A stretch of DNA of 64,000 nucleotides from an uncultured Acidobacteriota bacterium (GCA_963762925.1 CAVXMP010000022.1:101295-165294); one strand, 5' to 3'. Shown: positions 32,501 through 41,909, counted from the first letter of the stretch. Program-made: numbers and translations. Notes: a model not told the origin generated them from the sequence alone.

Positions 32501-32659
32501 CACGGCGAGGTCGTCAACGCGGCCGGACGGCGTGGCCGGTCCGATGTTGCGGAACCTCAACGCATCGAACGCACCGGATGGCGCCTGGCTCTGCGCAGAT
32601 GCCAACGCGGTACACGCAAGCGCGACAACCAATCCGAGAGCGGTGTTTCTCAAGAACAT
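29525..32659 (-). CDS. sortilin/VPS10-type BNR-repeat beta-propeller protein, secreted
   Basis: Intact ORF. Many S/T-x-D-G-G-x-T-W (BNR/Asp-box) repeats: KSTDGGKSW, KTTDGGQTW, KSTDAGQTW, RSDDGGANW, VSDDGGRTF. I trimmed the start to MFLRNTALGLVVALACTALASAQ (32659), because the first 13 track codons lie inside a tandem repeat. Confidence 0.8.
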   Translation of the reverse strand: MFLRNTALGLVVALACTALASAQSQAPSGAFDALRFRNIGPATPSGRVDDLAVLESNPAVFYVGAATGGVWKTVNNGTTFTPVFDNESTASIGDIAIAPTDPNLVWVGTGENNNRQSSSWGDGVFKSTDGGKSWRNMGLRNSTAISRIIVDPVDFDVVYVASLGNLWASGGDRGVYKTTDGGQTWKQSLTVDAETGATELVMDPSNNKVLYAATYQRRRAQWGMNGGGVGSGIWKSTDAGQTWTRIDNGLPAGPKGRIGMDVWRANPNVLYARVEHETESGLYRSDDGGANWRKMSTTNPRPMYFSQVRIDPKTDSRIYVLGVSLHVSDDGGRTFRDDGARNIHVDHHAMWIDPNNPNLVLIGNDGGVSISHDRAATWVWMNNLPLAQAYHVSYDMQTPYHVCAGLQDNNTWCGPSAVRTNSGINNDDWYVISGGDGFQPLQDPTDARIVYGESQDGRMSRVDRVTNERKTVRPEPAEGEPALRWNWDTAMHMSPHDPATIYVGANRLFKSTDRGHSWKAISGDLTTDTNRNRLAIMGLGDEDIKIAKHDGVTSFGNLVTVAESPIKAGLLWTGSDDGVVSVSRDAGANWTNATAKVPGVPKWTYVSDVAPSRFAEGTAYVTFDGHRGGDFNTYAFVTTDFGNSWQSIASNLPKGEVVRTIAEDVKNGDVLYIGTETALWVSTNRGKQWTRVKANLPTVPIYEITLHPRDNDMILATHGRGLWILDDLSAFQQWSKAETNDAFVFEPTPAVAFNQANDQMKNFEGDRVFLGPNPQPGAALFYRLRSGAKDVKVTIRDASNTVVRELTGDATKDRNKAGLNIVQWDLRHRPIAPLRNQPPGAPGGGGGGFGGGGTNGPFVLPGTYRATISADGREANVVNVMVTGDPAIQITETDRRTWHDTTIALHQLQEKANEVADQVNEAWTRFQSIEQQAKGQTLPPALKTQLESVRKELEAVRVRLGLGGGGQGGGGGFGGGNQNVRGRIGQLKGGMMSSTSLPTEVQMRQKQELEALWPKVAAEANAAMAKLAGLAKDVVAAVFRPPTQ

Positions 32660-32660
32660 T

Positions 32661-32810
32661 CCATCTGCGTTTATCTGCGTCATCTGCGGCCTATTCATTC
32701 ATCGGCGTCATCTGCGGCCTATTCATTCATCGGCGTCATCTGCGGCCTATTCATTCATCGGCGTCATCTGCGGCCTACTTATTCATCGCGTCATCTGCGG
32801 CCTATTCCTT
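32661..32810. repeat. higher-order 28-bp tandem repeat (about 4.7 copies) built on the CATCTGCG unit
   Basis: ccatctgcgtttatctgc, then gtcatctgcggcctattcattcatcggc three times (32679-32762). A 27-nt variant (..ctacttattcatcgc) and a partial copy follow. There are no spacers between the copies. Confidence 0.9.
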
Positions 32811-33746
32811 GCCGCCGAGCTCTTCGTACGCCGCGGTCAACACGCCGGCGAGCGTCAGCACCTGCCCGTTGCCGACGTGATCGGGGAAGCCAGGCAGCGT
32901 CTGGATGCCGATGATTTCCTCCTTGCTCTGCTTCGCGCGCAGACCTTTTTGCGCGTGTTCGAGCACGGCCGACAGGTAATCCTTGAAATAGAGGAGCTCC
33001 TTCGACGGTCCGGTCACCGGCATGCCTGGTTTGGCATGGCCGAAGATGAACGTCGCGTCGCGATGCTTCTTGGCCACCTTGTCGAGCAGGCTGATCCAGT
33101 TCTTGACCGATGCGCCGCTCGGCCGATCGACGCGCGGATGCAGTCGGTTGAACATCAGGTCGCCCATGTGCACGACGTTGGCCTTCTCGAAGAAGATCAC
33201 GGCATCGCCGCCGGTGTGTCCCGGACCGTAGTAGTTCGCCCAGACCTTTTCGTCACCGAGCGTGCGCGACCAGCTTTCGCCGAAGGTCACATCGGCGTAG
33301 GCCTGCTGCGCGGCGGTGCCGGCCTTGGCGGTTGTGTCCTTGTGCAGCTGGGCGCAGCGCTCCTGCTGGACGATGCTTTTCACCGCAGCGCGAAACGCGG
33401 CGTTGCCGCCTGTGTGATCGCCGTGATAGTGCGTGTTGATCAGCATGTCGACGCCTTTCGGCGACTTGGCCTTGAGGCCCTCGACGCATGCCGAGGCGGT
33501 CGCGGGAAATTGCGAATCCACGGCCAGCGCGCCATCAGGCGTCGCCAGCCAGCCGATCGTTCCGCCTTGACCGGTGAAGAAGCCGACGTTGCGCCGGATG
33601 TCTTCGAATTTGGTGACGGGCGGCGTGGCCTGCGCCGCTTGACCGAGGAGTGGCACGCGGTAAAGCGTCGCGCCGGTCAGTGCAAGAGACGAGGTGTTCA
33701 AGAACTCACGTCGACTGAAAGTCATGGGGTGCTCCGGTCCGTTCAC
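32802..33746 (-). CDS. MBL-fold metallo-hydrolase with Tat-like signal
   Basis: MTFSRREFLNTSSLALTGA (twin-arginine-like) and HYHGDHTGG (HxHxDH). Intact 314 aa ORF. The stop codon lies in the last unit of the 28-bp repeat. Confidence 0.85.
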   Translation of the reverse strand: MNGPEHPMTFSRREFLNTSSLALTGATLYRVPLLGQAAQATPPVTKFEDIRRNVGFFTGQGGTIGWLATPDGALAVDSQFPATASACVEGLKAKSPKGVDMLINTHYHGDHTGGNAAFRAAVKSIVQQERCAQLHKDTTAKAGTAAQQAYADVTFGESWSRTLGDEKVWANYYGPGHTGGDAVIFFEKANVVHMGDLMFNRLHPRVDRPSGASVKNWISLLDKVAKKHRDATFIFGHAKPGMPVTGPSKELLYFKDYLSAVLEHAQKGLRAKQSKEEIIGIQTLPGFPDHVGNGQVLTLAGVLTAAYEELGGKE

Positions 33747-35052
33747 TTCACGTTTTGAAACAAATAGTCTATTGCCAGATTTGACAGCGCACGGACGCCG
33801 ACCGGCAACGCCGATTCATCCGCAAAAAACAGCGGCGAGTGATTCTGCGGCGCCTTGGTCCAGTCCTGATCGCGAGGCGTCACGCCCAGGAAGAAGAAGA
33901 TGCCGGGCACCCGCTGTTCGAAGTAGGAAAAATCCTCCGCTGTGCCGGTCAGCGGGGCAATGCGTACGTTGTCTGCTCCGGCGACGCGCGTCAATGTCGG
34001 TACCATTCGCTCCGTCAGCTTTGGATCATTGACGGTGACCGGGTACCCAGGGCTGATGATCACCTGCGCGCTGCCGCCGGCCGCTTCTGCGATGTTCCTC
34101 GCGATCAGATCCACACGGCGGCGAATGTCTTTTCGCGTCTCTTCGCCAAACGTGCGAATGGTACCTCCGAGCTCGGCTTCCTCGGGGACGATGTTGGACC
34201 GTACGCCGGAGTGGAACATCGCGACCGTGACCACCGCTGGGGCCTCAGTGATGTTGACGTTACGGCTGATGATCGTCTGCAGCGCGTTGACGATCTGCGC
34301 GCCGATCACGATCGGATCAACACCGCCCCAGGGCACCGCTCCGTGGGTCTGCTTGCCGCGAATCTTGATCGTAAACGAGTCGTTGCTGGCCATGAGCGGT
34401 CCGGGGCGGTACGAGATCGAACCGGCAGGACCGGGAAACACATGCAGCCCGAAAATTGCATCCACCTTGGGACTGTCAAGCACGTTTTCCTTGACCATCT
34501 GCTCGGCGCCTCCGGCTTCTCCTTCCGGTGGGCCCTCTTCCGCAGGTTGAAAGATCAACTTGACCGTGCCGGGCAATTGGTTGCGCAGCTTGGCAAACAC
34601 CGTCGCGGCGCCCAGCAGGATCGCCATGTGGTTGTCGTGTCCGCACGCGTGCATGACCCCCACCTGCTGGCCGTTCCACTCCGCCTTGTCGGTCGACTTG
34701 AACGGCAGGTCGACCTGCTCGGTTACGGGAAGCCCGTCCATGTCGGCGCGCAACGCCACCACCGGCCCCGGCTTGCCCCCGCGAAGCGTGGCCACGACCC
34801 CGTCTTGGCCACGTTGATCGTGACGTCGTATCCGAGCTTTTTGAGTTCCTCGGCGATGACTTTGGACGTGCGGAATTCGCGATTGCCAAGCTCGGGGTGC
34901 TGATGAAAATCTCGTCGCCAGGCGACCACCAGTGGGGTCGTTTCCTGGGCAACCCGATCGATGTCGGCGACCAGCGGGTTCGCGGACTGGGCACCCGCTG
35001 CGGTCGAAAGACAAACCACCGCGAGGCACGTCAAAGACAGAGAACGGATCAT
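33743..35052 (-). CDS. M20D family amidohydrolase (hippurate hydrolase/aminoacylase-like), secreted; one frameshift ~34800
   Basis: ORF 34723..35052 (signal MIRSLSLTCLAVVCLSTAAGAQ, WRRDFHQHPELGNREFRTS) joins ORF 33743..35029 (ALRADMDGLPV, MHACGHDNHMAILLGAA, IFQPAEEG). Confidence 0.8.
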
Positions 35053-35076
35053 CCGCGCATTCTACCGGACACTGCC

Positions 35077-37524
35077 ATGCTCAATGACTTTCGCCTCGGC
35101 GCCCGTATTTTCCGCCGACATGCCGGCCTCGCCTCAGCCGCTGTCTTGTCGCTCGCCTTGGGCATTGGGGCCAACACCGCGATCTTCAGCGTGTTGCACA
35201 CCGTCGTGCTCAACGCGCTGCCCTACGACGATCCTGAGCGATTGATGATGGTCTGGGAAACCAGCAGTGACAATGCCGAGCGGTGGGTGGCGCCTGCAAA
35301 TTTCGTCGACTGGCGTCGCGACACCCGCTCCTTCGCGTCGCTCGCGGCTTTCGACGAGTTCGCGCCGACCCTGGTCGGGTATGGCGAAGCCGAACGCCTC
35401 CGTGCAGTGGGCGCGTCAGGAACGTTTTTCACGACGCTCGGGGTCACGGCGCACATCGGGCGGACGTTACTGCCGGCAGACGATGAACCCGGCGCGGCGG
35501 GAGCCGCGGTGCTGAGTGACGGACTGTGGGTTCGAACCTTCGGCGGATCACGCGACGTGCTTGGACGCAACATCGTGCTCGATGGTCGCAACTACACGAT
35601 CGTAGGCATCATGCCGCCCGATTTCGAATCACCGCTGGAAAGCGCCGGCATCGAGATCTGGCTGAGCGGCGACCGCGGCGTGCCGCGCACCTTCCCGTTC
35701 GGCGGCGATGTCACTGCGGTGCGCGACTCGCACATCATCTACGTGCTCGGTCGGCTCGGTCCTGACGCGTCACGACAGTCGGCGCAACAGGAGCTCGGCG
35801 CGCTGATGGTGCAGCTCGCGCGGCAGCATCCAGATACCAACGCGGGCCTCGGCGTGAACGTCGTCTCGTTGCACGAAGCGGTTGTCGGCGACGTACGACC
35901 GACACTCGTGCTGCTGCAACTCGCCGTCGGCCTGATGCTCCTGATTGCGTGCGCGAATGTCGCCCACCTGCTGCTCGGACAAGCGGCCCAACGGCAGGGT
36001 GAGATTGCGATGCGCGTTGCGCTGGGAGCGGGACGCGCCCGACTGGTGCGGCAGATGATGGCAGAAACGCTGGTGATCGCGGTCCCCGGCGGCGTCCTCG
36101 GGCTCGTGCTGGCGCGCTGGGGACTCGATGCGCTCGTGGTGCTGGCGCCGGACACGCTGCCGCGTGTGCAGGCGATCGCGATCGATCCGGTGGTCCTCGC
36201 GTTCACGATTGGCGTCACGCTCGCAACTGCGCTCCTGTTCGGGCTCGGGCCCGCGTTTCAGACCTCGCGCGGCGCCACCGCCGCACAGGCCAACCTCCGC
36301 GTCGCCGGCGATCGCGGGGTCAAGCGGTGGCATCGCGCCATCGTGATTACCGAGCTCGCAGTCACCCACGTGCTGCTCGTCGGCGCCGGACTGCTGCTGG
36401 CAAGCTTCGCCGCCTCGCAACGCGTCGACCTCGGCTTTCAGATCGAGGGGCGTGCCGCGGCCGATTTGAGTCTCGCACCGGATCGGTATCTCAAACCAAT
36501 CGATGCAAGTGGGTTTCAGATCGAGACGTCGAACAAGATCCGGTTCGTGGAGCGCGTGCTCGTTCAAGTGCGGGCGACGCCTGGCGTGCGCGCAGCGGCG
36601 GCGGCCTTTACCTCTCCGCTGACCGGCGCACCCAACCGCGGGATCAGCATTCCTGGACGCCCCGCGAAAGGACCCGGCCTGGAGGATACCTCCGACTTTC
36701 AGGTGATCACGCCCGAGTTCTTTCGCGCGGTTGGCGCCACGCTCATTCGCGGTCGCGCGCTCACGGCTGCTGATCAGGCGAATACGGCCCCGGTGGCCGT
36801 GATCAATCAGAGCTTCGCTGATCGCTACTTCCCCGGCGAGGATCCCATTGGTCAACGGCTGCAGTTTGCCGGCACAGAACGGCCCGAGATCGTCGGCATC
36901 GTCGGGAACATGCGCTACCGCTATGTGGAAACACCCGCTGACCCGACCTTTTACATTCCGATCACGCAGAACACCGAACGCTGGCCGTTCATGTCGTTCA
37001 CGGTCTGGACCGACGGTGACCCGGCGAGCGCAGGAGCGATCCTGCGCGACGCAATTCGCCGGGCCGATCCCAACCAGGCGGTCACGCGCGTCCGCACGTA
37101 TGAAGAGATTTTCGCGCGCGCCTTGGCGGCCCGCCGCTTCAATACCACGCTCGTCGCGATCTTTGCCGTTGCGGCACTCCTTCTGGCCGCGATCGGCACC
37201 TACGGTGTGATGGCGTACGCGGTGTCCACACGCACGCGCGAGTTGGGCGTGCGCTCGGCGCTTGGGGCGAGTCCCGCCGATCTGATGCGGCTCGTCCTGC
37301 GACAGGCGATTGTGCTGACGGTTGCCGCGGTCAGCATCGGTGCGGTCACGAGCTACTTTGCGACGCGGATGATGGCCTCGATGCTGTACCAGGTCGCGCC
37401 GCGTGATCCGTCGACCTTTCTCGCCGTCGCGGGTGTTCTCGTCGTCGTCGCCCTGACCGCTACCTGGCTGCCAGCGCGCACCGCCGTCCGCGTGAATCCA
37501 ACAGCTGCACTGCGTGAAGGCTAG
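35077..37524 (+). CDS. ADOP-family duplicated MacB/FtsX-like ABC transporter permease
   Basis: Start at MLNDFRLGARIFRRHAGLASAAVLSLALGIGANTAIFSV (35077). It has two MacB-periplasmic plus FtsX-like halves in ~815 aa. This architecture is characteristic of the acidobacterial duplicated orphan permease family. Confidence 0.85.
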   Translation: MLNDFRLGARIFRRHAGLASAAVLSLALGIGANTAIFSVLHTVVLNALPYDDPERLMMVWETSSDNAERWVAPANFVDWRRDTRSFASLAAFDEFAPTLVGYGEAERLRAVGASGTFFTTLGVTAHIGRTLLPADDEPGAAGAAVLSDGLWVRTFGGSRDVLGRNIVLDGRNYTIVGIMPPDFESPLESAGIEIWLSGDRGVPRTFPFGGDVTAVRDSHIIYVLGRLGPDASRQSAQQELGALMVQLARQHPDTNAGLGVNVVSLHEAVVGDVRPTLVLLQLAVGLMLLIACANVAHLLLGQAAQRQGEIAMRVALGAGRARLVRQMMAETLVIAVPGGVLGLVLARWGLDALVVLAPDTLPRVQAIAIDPVVLAFTIGVTLATALLFGLGPAFQTSRGATAAQANLRVAGDRGVKRWHRAIVITELAVTHVLLVGAGLLLASFAASQRVDLGFQIEGRAAADLSLAPDRYLKPIDASGFQIETSNKIRFVERVLVQVRATPGVRAAAAAFTSPLTGAPNRGISIPGRPAKGPGLEDTSDFQVITPEFFRAVGATLIRGRALTAADQANTAPVAVINQSFADRYFPGEDPIGQRLQFAGTERPEIVGIVGNMRYRYVETPADPTFYIPITQNTERWPFMSFTVWTDGDPASAGAILRDAIRRADPNQAVTRVRTYEEIFARALAARRFNTTLVAIFAVAALLLAAIGTYGVMAYAVSTRTRELGVRSALGASPADLMRLVLRQAIVLTVAAVSIGAVTSYFATRMMASMLYQVAPRDPSTFLAVAGVLVVVALTATWLPARTAVRVNPTAALREG

Positions 37525-37525
37525 G

Positions 37526-37696
37526 GCACGGAAGCAGGAGCACGGAAGCACGACCACGGAAGCACGACCACGGAAGCACGGAAGCACGGAAGCACGGAGG
37601 CACGGAGGCACGGAGGCACGGAGGCACGGAGGCACGGAGGCACGGAGGCCACGGAGGCACGGAAGCACGGAAGCACGGAAGCACGGAGGCCGGAGG
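37526..37696. repeat. 8-nt tandem repeat array (CACGGARG)n, about 21 units
   Basis: It starts 2 nt after the ADOP permease stop: gcacggaa gcaggagcacggaa gcacgac cacggaa ... then (gcacggag)x7 ... gcacggaa x3. It is the longest array in the window. Confidence 0.95.
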
Positions 37697-37708
37697 TGCG
37701 CGTAAGGT

Positions 37709-37821
37709 CGCGGCCTTCGGCCGTCTAATCGGGTCGAACAGCGGGCTGGAACGCGTCATGCCCCAATCGAGGCGTGTTCCAGCCAGCTGTTCGACCCGAT
37801 TTGCGCCGGCGGAGCCGGCGC
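37709..37821. other. structured intergenic module: small hairpin, 29-nt-arm long hairpin, 8-bp GC hairpin
   Basis: cgcggcc-ttc-ggccg (37709-37723). Arms 37727-37755 and 37773-37801 (aatcgggtcgaacagcgggctggaacgcg / cgtgttccagccagctgttcgacccgatt) pair at 27 of 29 positions with a 17-nt loop. Then gcgccggc-gga-gccggcgc (37803-37821). Confidence 0.6.
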
Positions 37822-37862
37822 GACCCAACGCCCTGAGCACGGAGAAGAGCGTCCATGTCGAA

Positions 37863-37937
37863 CGTCCGTCGCGTCCGTCGCGTCCTTCGCGTCCTCTCGC
37901 TTACCTTCGTGGCCTTCGTGCTTTCGTGTTTTCGTGG
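37863..37937. repeat. degenerate 8-9 nt tandem repeat (CNTYCGTS)n, inverted relative to 37526-37696
   Basis: cgtccgtcg cgtccgtcg cgtccttcg cgtcctctcg cttaccttcgtg gccttcgtg ctttcgtg ttttcgtg g. The CTTTCGTG/CCTTCGTG units resemble the reverse complement of CACGGAAG. Confidence 0.7.
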
Positions 37938-37968
37938 CCAAGCGCTTGGCCGTCCGAACTGCCACTGC

Positions 37969-38536
37969 TCAGCCTATTTTCCTCCCCAACCACGTGAACG
38001 GACCGCCCTCAGGACGGCCCACGTCTTCGCCGGCATAGTGGCGGCTCACCTTGGCGACGAAATCCATTTCACTGAGGACAGCTGCAAGTGCGAGGCGTGA
38101 CTCGATGATCAGGAGCACGCTGCCGTAGAGCATGAACATCGCCCCGGTGAGGCCGAGGACGACGCCGAGCCAGGTGAAGTTGCGGGCGACGGAAGCTGGT
38201 CACCGCAATGGCGACGGTCGTGGCCACGAACGTCCCGAGCGCGGTGTAAAACGCCACCATGGCACGCTGGATCAGGCGCGCTCGCGACATCTGCCGATCG
38301 AGCTGCCCGAAAAGCAACGTTTGCCGCTCGGTCGCCATCTCGTCAGCCTCTGGATTACGCGCCAACTCTTCGAACTTTGCAGCCAGAAATCTGACGCGAT
38401 CGATCACCCGGCCCAGCCGTGTGCCGGTGGAAAAGATCAGTGCGCCGCAGGCGGAGATCAACACGGCCGGCGTGATCATCGCGGTGAGCACGGCGAGTGC
38501 ATTCGCCGGCGCCTCGAGCCGCGACAGCCAATCCAT
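37969..38536 (-). CDS. DUF2721-family membrane protein; one frameshift ~38185
   Basis: MDWLSRLEAPANALAVLTAMITPAVLISACGALIFSTGTRLGRVIDRVRFLA... After the frame switch it continues ...FTWLGVVLGLTGAMFMLYGSVLLIIESRLALAAVLSEMDF... to TGA at 37971-37969. Confidence 0.6.
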
Positions 38537-38567
38537 TCACTAAGTGTATTCCCGCATCGTTCGGCCC

Positions 38568-38629
38568 GCTTCCGTGCTTCCGAGCGTCCGAGCTTCCATG
38601 CTCACGTGCTTCCGTCCTCCGTGCTTCGG
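38568..38629. repeat. tandem repeat (CTTCCGWG)n, reverse complement of the CACGGAAG family
   Basis: gcttccgt gcttccgagcgtccgagcttccatgctcacgt gcttccgt cctccgt gcttcgg. It lies between the DUF2721 start (38536) and the oxidoreductase start (38644). Confidence 0.75.
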
Positions 38630-38643
38630 TTAGGATCGTGCGC

Positions 38644-39619
38644 ATGAAAGCGATCGTCGTGCGTGGCTTCGGCGGCCCGGAGATGCTGAAACTGGAAGAT
38701 GTCCCGGATCCCTCACCGGCTGCCGGGCAGGTGCTGCTGCGCGTGCACGCAGTGGGCGTCAACCCGTACGACACGTACATGCTCAGCGGGAATTACGCCA
38801 CGAAGCCGCCGCTGCCGTACACGCCCGGCGCTGATGCCGCTGGAATCGTCGACCGAGTCGGCGAGGGCGTGACCTCCGTCACACCCGGCGATCGCGTGTA
38901 CATCGGCGGCACCGCGAGTTACCGCAGCTACGGCGCGTATGCGGAGAAAGTACTTCGCGGAACCGCAACAGCTTCACGCCCTACCCGATCGTCTCAGCTT
39001 TGCGCAAGGCGCTGCGATCAACGTGCCGTATGTGACGGCGTGGCGTGCCGTGCACGACCGCGCGCGACTGCAGCCCGGCGAAACCATTTTCATTCACGGC
39101 GCGAGTGGGGGCGTGGGCCTGGCCGCGACGCAAATCGCGCATGCCTGGGGCGGTCGTGTGATCGGCACGGCAAGCACGCCCGAAGGGCTCGCGCTCATCC
39201 AACAGCAGGGCGCGATCGCATCGCTGAACCACCGCGAAGAGGGGTATCTCGAGAAACTCCAGGAGCTCACCGGCGGCCGCGGGCCGGACGTCATTCTCGA
39301 GAGCCTCGCCAACGTCAACCTCGATCACGATCTCTCGGCGGCAGGCCTCGGCGCCCGCATTGTCGTGATTGGCAACCGTGGGCGAACAGAAATCGACGCA
39401 CGAAAGGCGATGGGCAAGGACCTCGCGGTCTTAGGCATGTCCATGTGGAATATCCCGCGACCCGACCTCGACCGCATTCATGCAGGACTAGTCGCCGGGT
39501 TCGCCACAGGTGCCCTCGCGCCAGTGGTGAGCACCGAGCTTGCGCTCGCCGACGCCGCGCGCGCGCACCAACTCGTGATGCGAGCGGGGGCCCGCGGCAA
39601 AATCGTGCTGGTCCCATGA
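38644..39619 (+). CDS. NADPH:quinone oxidoreductase / zeta-crystallin-like medium-chain dehydrogenase; one frameshift ~38950
   Basis: MKAIVVRGFGGPEMLKLEDVPDPSPAAGQVLLRVHAVGVNPYD... joins ORF 38939..39619 (...TIFIHGASGGVGLAATQIA...HQLVMRAGARGKIVLVP). Confidence 0.85.
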
Positions 39620-41909
39620 TTCGAGCGCGGACAGTGGCGCCGCATGCGCTGCCGCTTGGGATCTACGCCGTTCTCACGGTCGCGGTGACGTGGCCGATTG
39701 CCATCCATCCTGCCTCGCTCGTGCCGCACGATCTCGGCGACCCTCTACTGTCAACCTGGGTGCTCTGGTGGAACGCCCAGGTTCTGCCGTTCAGCGAAAC
39801 GTGGTGGAACGGCCCGTTCTTCTTTCCCGCTTCTTCGACGCTGACGTTCTCCGATCACCGTGTCGGGCTCGGGATCATTTCGACGCCTGCGATTCTGCTG
39901 GGGGCGTCACCGCTGGCAGCACACAACGCCGTCTTCCTCCTGACATTTTTTCTGTCCGCCGCAGCGGCGTACGCGCTCGGCTTCAGCCTCACGCGCAGTC
40001 GCGAAGCCGCGTTCATCGCAGGTTTGGTGTTCGGCTTCAATCCCTACCGGGCCGACCACTTGTCGCACCTGGAGCTACTCGCGTCCTACTGGCTGCCGTG
40101 TCACTTCTTTCGCTGCATCGGTGGTCGGTCACGCTCAAAGGCCGTTGGCTCGTCGCGGCGTCCGTCAGCCTGCTGATGCAAGCAGTGACATGCGGGTATT
40201 ACTTCTTTTTCTTCGGGGTCCTGCTCCTGTTGTGGCTTGTATGGTTCGTGCCGCGATCACTCTCGCTCAAACAATTCCTCGCGCTCGGTTTTGCTCTGGC
40301 CGCGCCGTTGATCGTCATCGCCCCGATTCTGCTCCGCTACCGGCAGGCGCACACGTCGCTCGGTCTCTCGCGCACGATTGGCGATATCGAGTTCTTCAGC
40401 GCAGACGTGATCGGACTGGCGATCGCGCCCGAGTTGGTGGCGCTGTGGAGTTCTCCTCCCGGATGGATGCGCCCGGAGGGCGCCATCTTCCCGGGCATCA
40501 CGGCCGTGCTGCTCGTCATCGTTGCCTTGCTGTGGCGGGAGCGCGACGTCGCAGACCAGTCGTTGCGCGTTCACATCGCGCACCGCGTGCTGATCATCCT
40601 GAGCGCCACGGCTGCCGTCGTCGCCTTGATTCCTCCGCTGATCGGTCCGGTGGGTTTCGACATCGCCGGAATACGCCTGTCGACGAGCAGTTCGTACAAA
40701 CCATTATCCGTTGCGCTCCTGCTGGCGATCTGCTGGTTGTTGACGTCGCCATGGGTGCGTCACGCATGGCGGTTGCAAACGCCGCTGGCCTTCTACACCC
40801 TGGCGACGATAGCGATGTGGCTGTTTACGCTCGGGCCGACCGCCCGCTTTCTTGGCGAGCGTATTCTCTACAAGGCGCCGTATGCGTGGCTGATGGTTCT
40901 TCCAGGCTTCCGCGACGAATTTCGCGTGCCCTCACGTTTCGCCATGCTGGCCGTGCTCACGCTCGCAATCGCCGCCGCCGTCGCGTTTCAAAGGCTGTTC
41001 GCAAGCCGTGCCACGCACACCACGGTCGTGGGCGCATGCATTCTTTCCGTCGCCATCGTCGTCGAGAGCTGGATCGAACCATTTCCCGTGGTGCCGGCAC
41101 CGCGCCCTTAACGATTCCAACCACGGTGCCGGATGATGCCGTGATCGCGGAGTTGCCAGCGGGAGTGTTCGAGGATGCCATCGCGATGTACCACTCGATG
41201 CTCCACATGCGCCCGATCGTGAATGGATTCTCCGGATATGACCCGGCGCACTATCAAATCGTGCGGGCGGGATTGAGAGAAGGGTCGGTGCAAGTGTTGT
41301 CGCCGATCGCGAGGCACGCCAGCGTGGCGATCTTCGTTCGACGCGACGACGAGTCCGGATTAGTGTCACAACTGAGTCAGGTCACCGGCGCGCGATCGAT
41401 TCGCCCTCACGCCTTCACACGAAGTGTTGTTGCTTCCTCGCGCCCCGGAGGTTGAATCGGCGACGCGCGTGGAGGGCACGCCATTGCCGATCCGAGGCCT
41501 GACGTCACCGATCCACGCGGAAGAGTTGCCTCGCGTGGTCGACGGCTCCCTGGGGACTCGATGGTCGACTGACGTACCACAGCATGGCGCCGAAAGCTTC
41601 ACCGCTGATCTCGGAGCGGTCTTCGATGTCACGGGCGTGATCTTGGAAGGCGCGATTGTAGGCTTCCCGCGCAGCATCGCTATTGAGCTTTCAACCGACG
41701 GCGCCACCTGGAACGACGCATGGCGCGGACCCACGACGGAGAAAAGCGTGGCAGCGGCGATCGAGAACCCGCGCGCGGTACCGCTCACCTTTGGCTTTCC
41801 GACACAAGCCGCGCGGCACGTGCGGGTCAGGCAGACCGGGCAGTCGCGTGACCAGTGGACTGTCGCCGAGCTCCGGATTCTCGGTTCCGCCAGGCCGTCA
41901 ACCCAATGA
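39616..41909 (+). CDS. polytopic membrane protein (GT-C-like fold suspected) with C-terminal F5/8 type C (discoidin) domain; about 3 frame breaks
   Basis: ATGA overlap with the upstream stop. N-terminus is MIRARTVAPHALPLGIYAVLTVAVTWP... with more than 10 hydrophobic segments spread over ORFs 38497.., 39690.. and 40121... The C-terminus (ORF 41424..41909) has VVDGSLGTRWST...HVRVRQTG...WTVAELRILG, which is discoidin-like. Confidence 0.6.

Noticed and set aside
32661-32810. Possible CRISPR array, because a 28-bp direct repeat is present in about 4.7 copies.
   Set aside because: The repeats are contiguous with no spacers between them. They are built from the same CATCTGCG unit as other simple arrays, and no cas genes are nearby. 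It is a tandem repeat, not a CRISPR array.
37514-37705. ORF encoding HGGTEARR/HGSTEARK repeats (63 aa).
   Set aside because: It is simply the translation of the 8-nt CACGGARG array, since three units make eight codons. It has no start context, the same DNA family occurs in both orientations elsewhere, and it begins inside the upstream gene's stop region.
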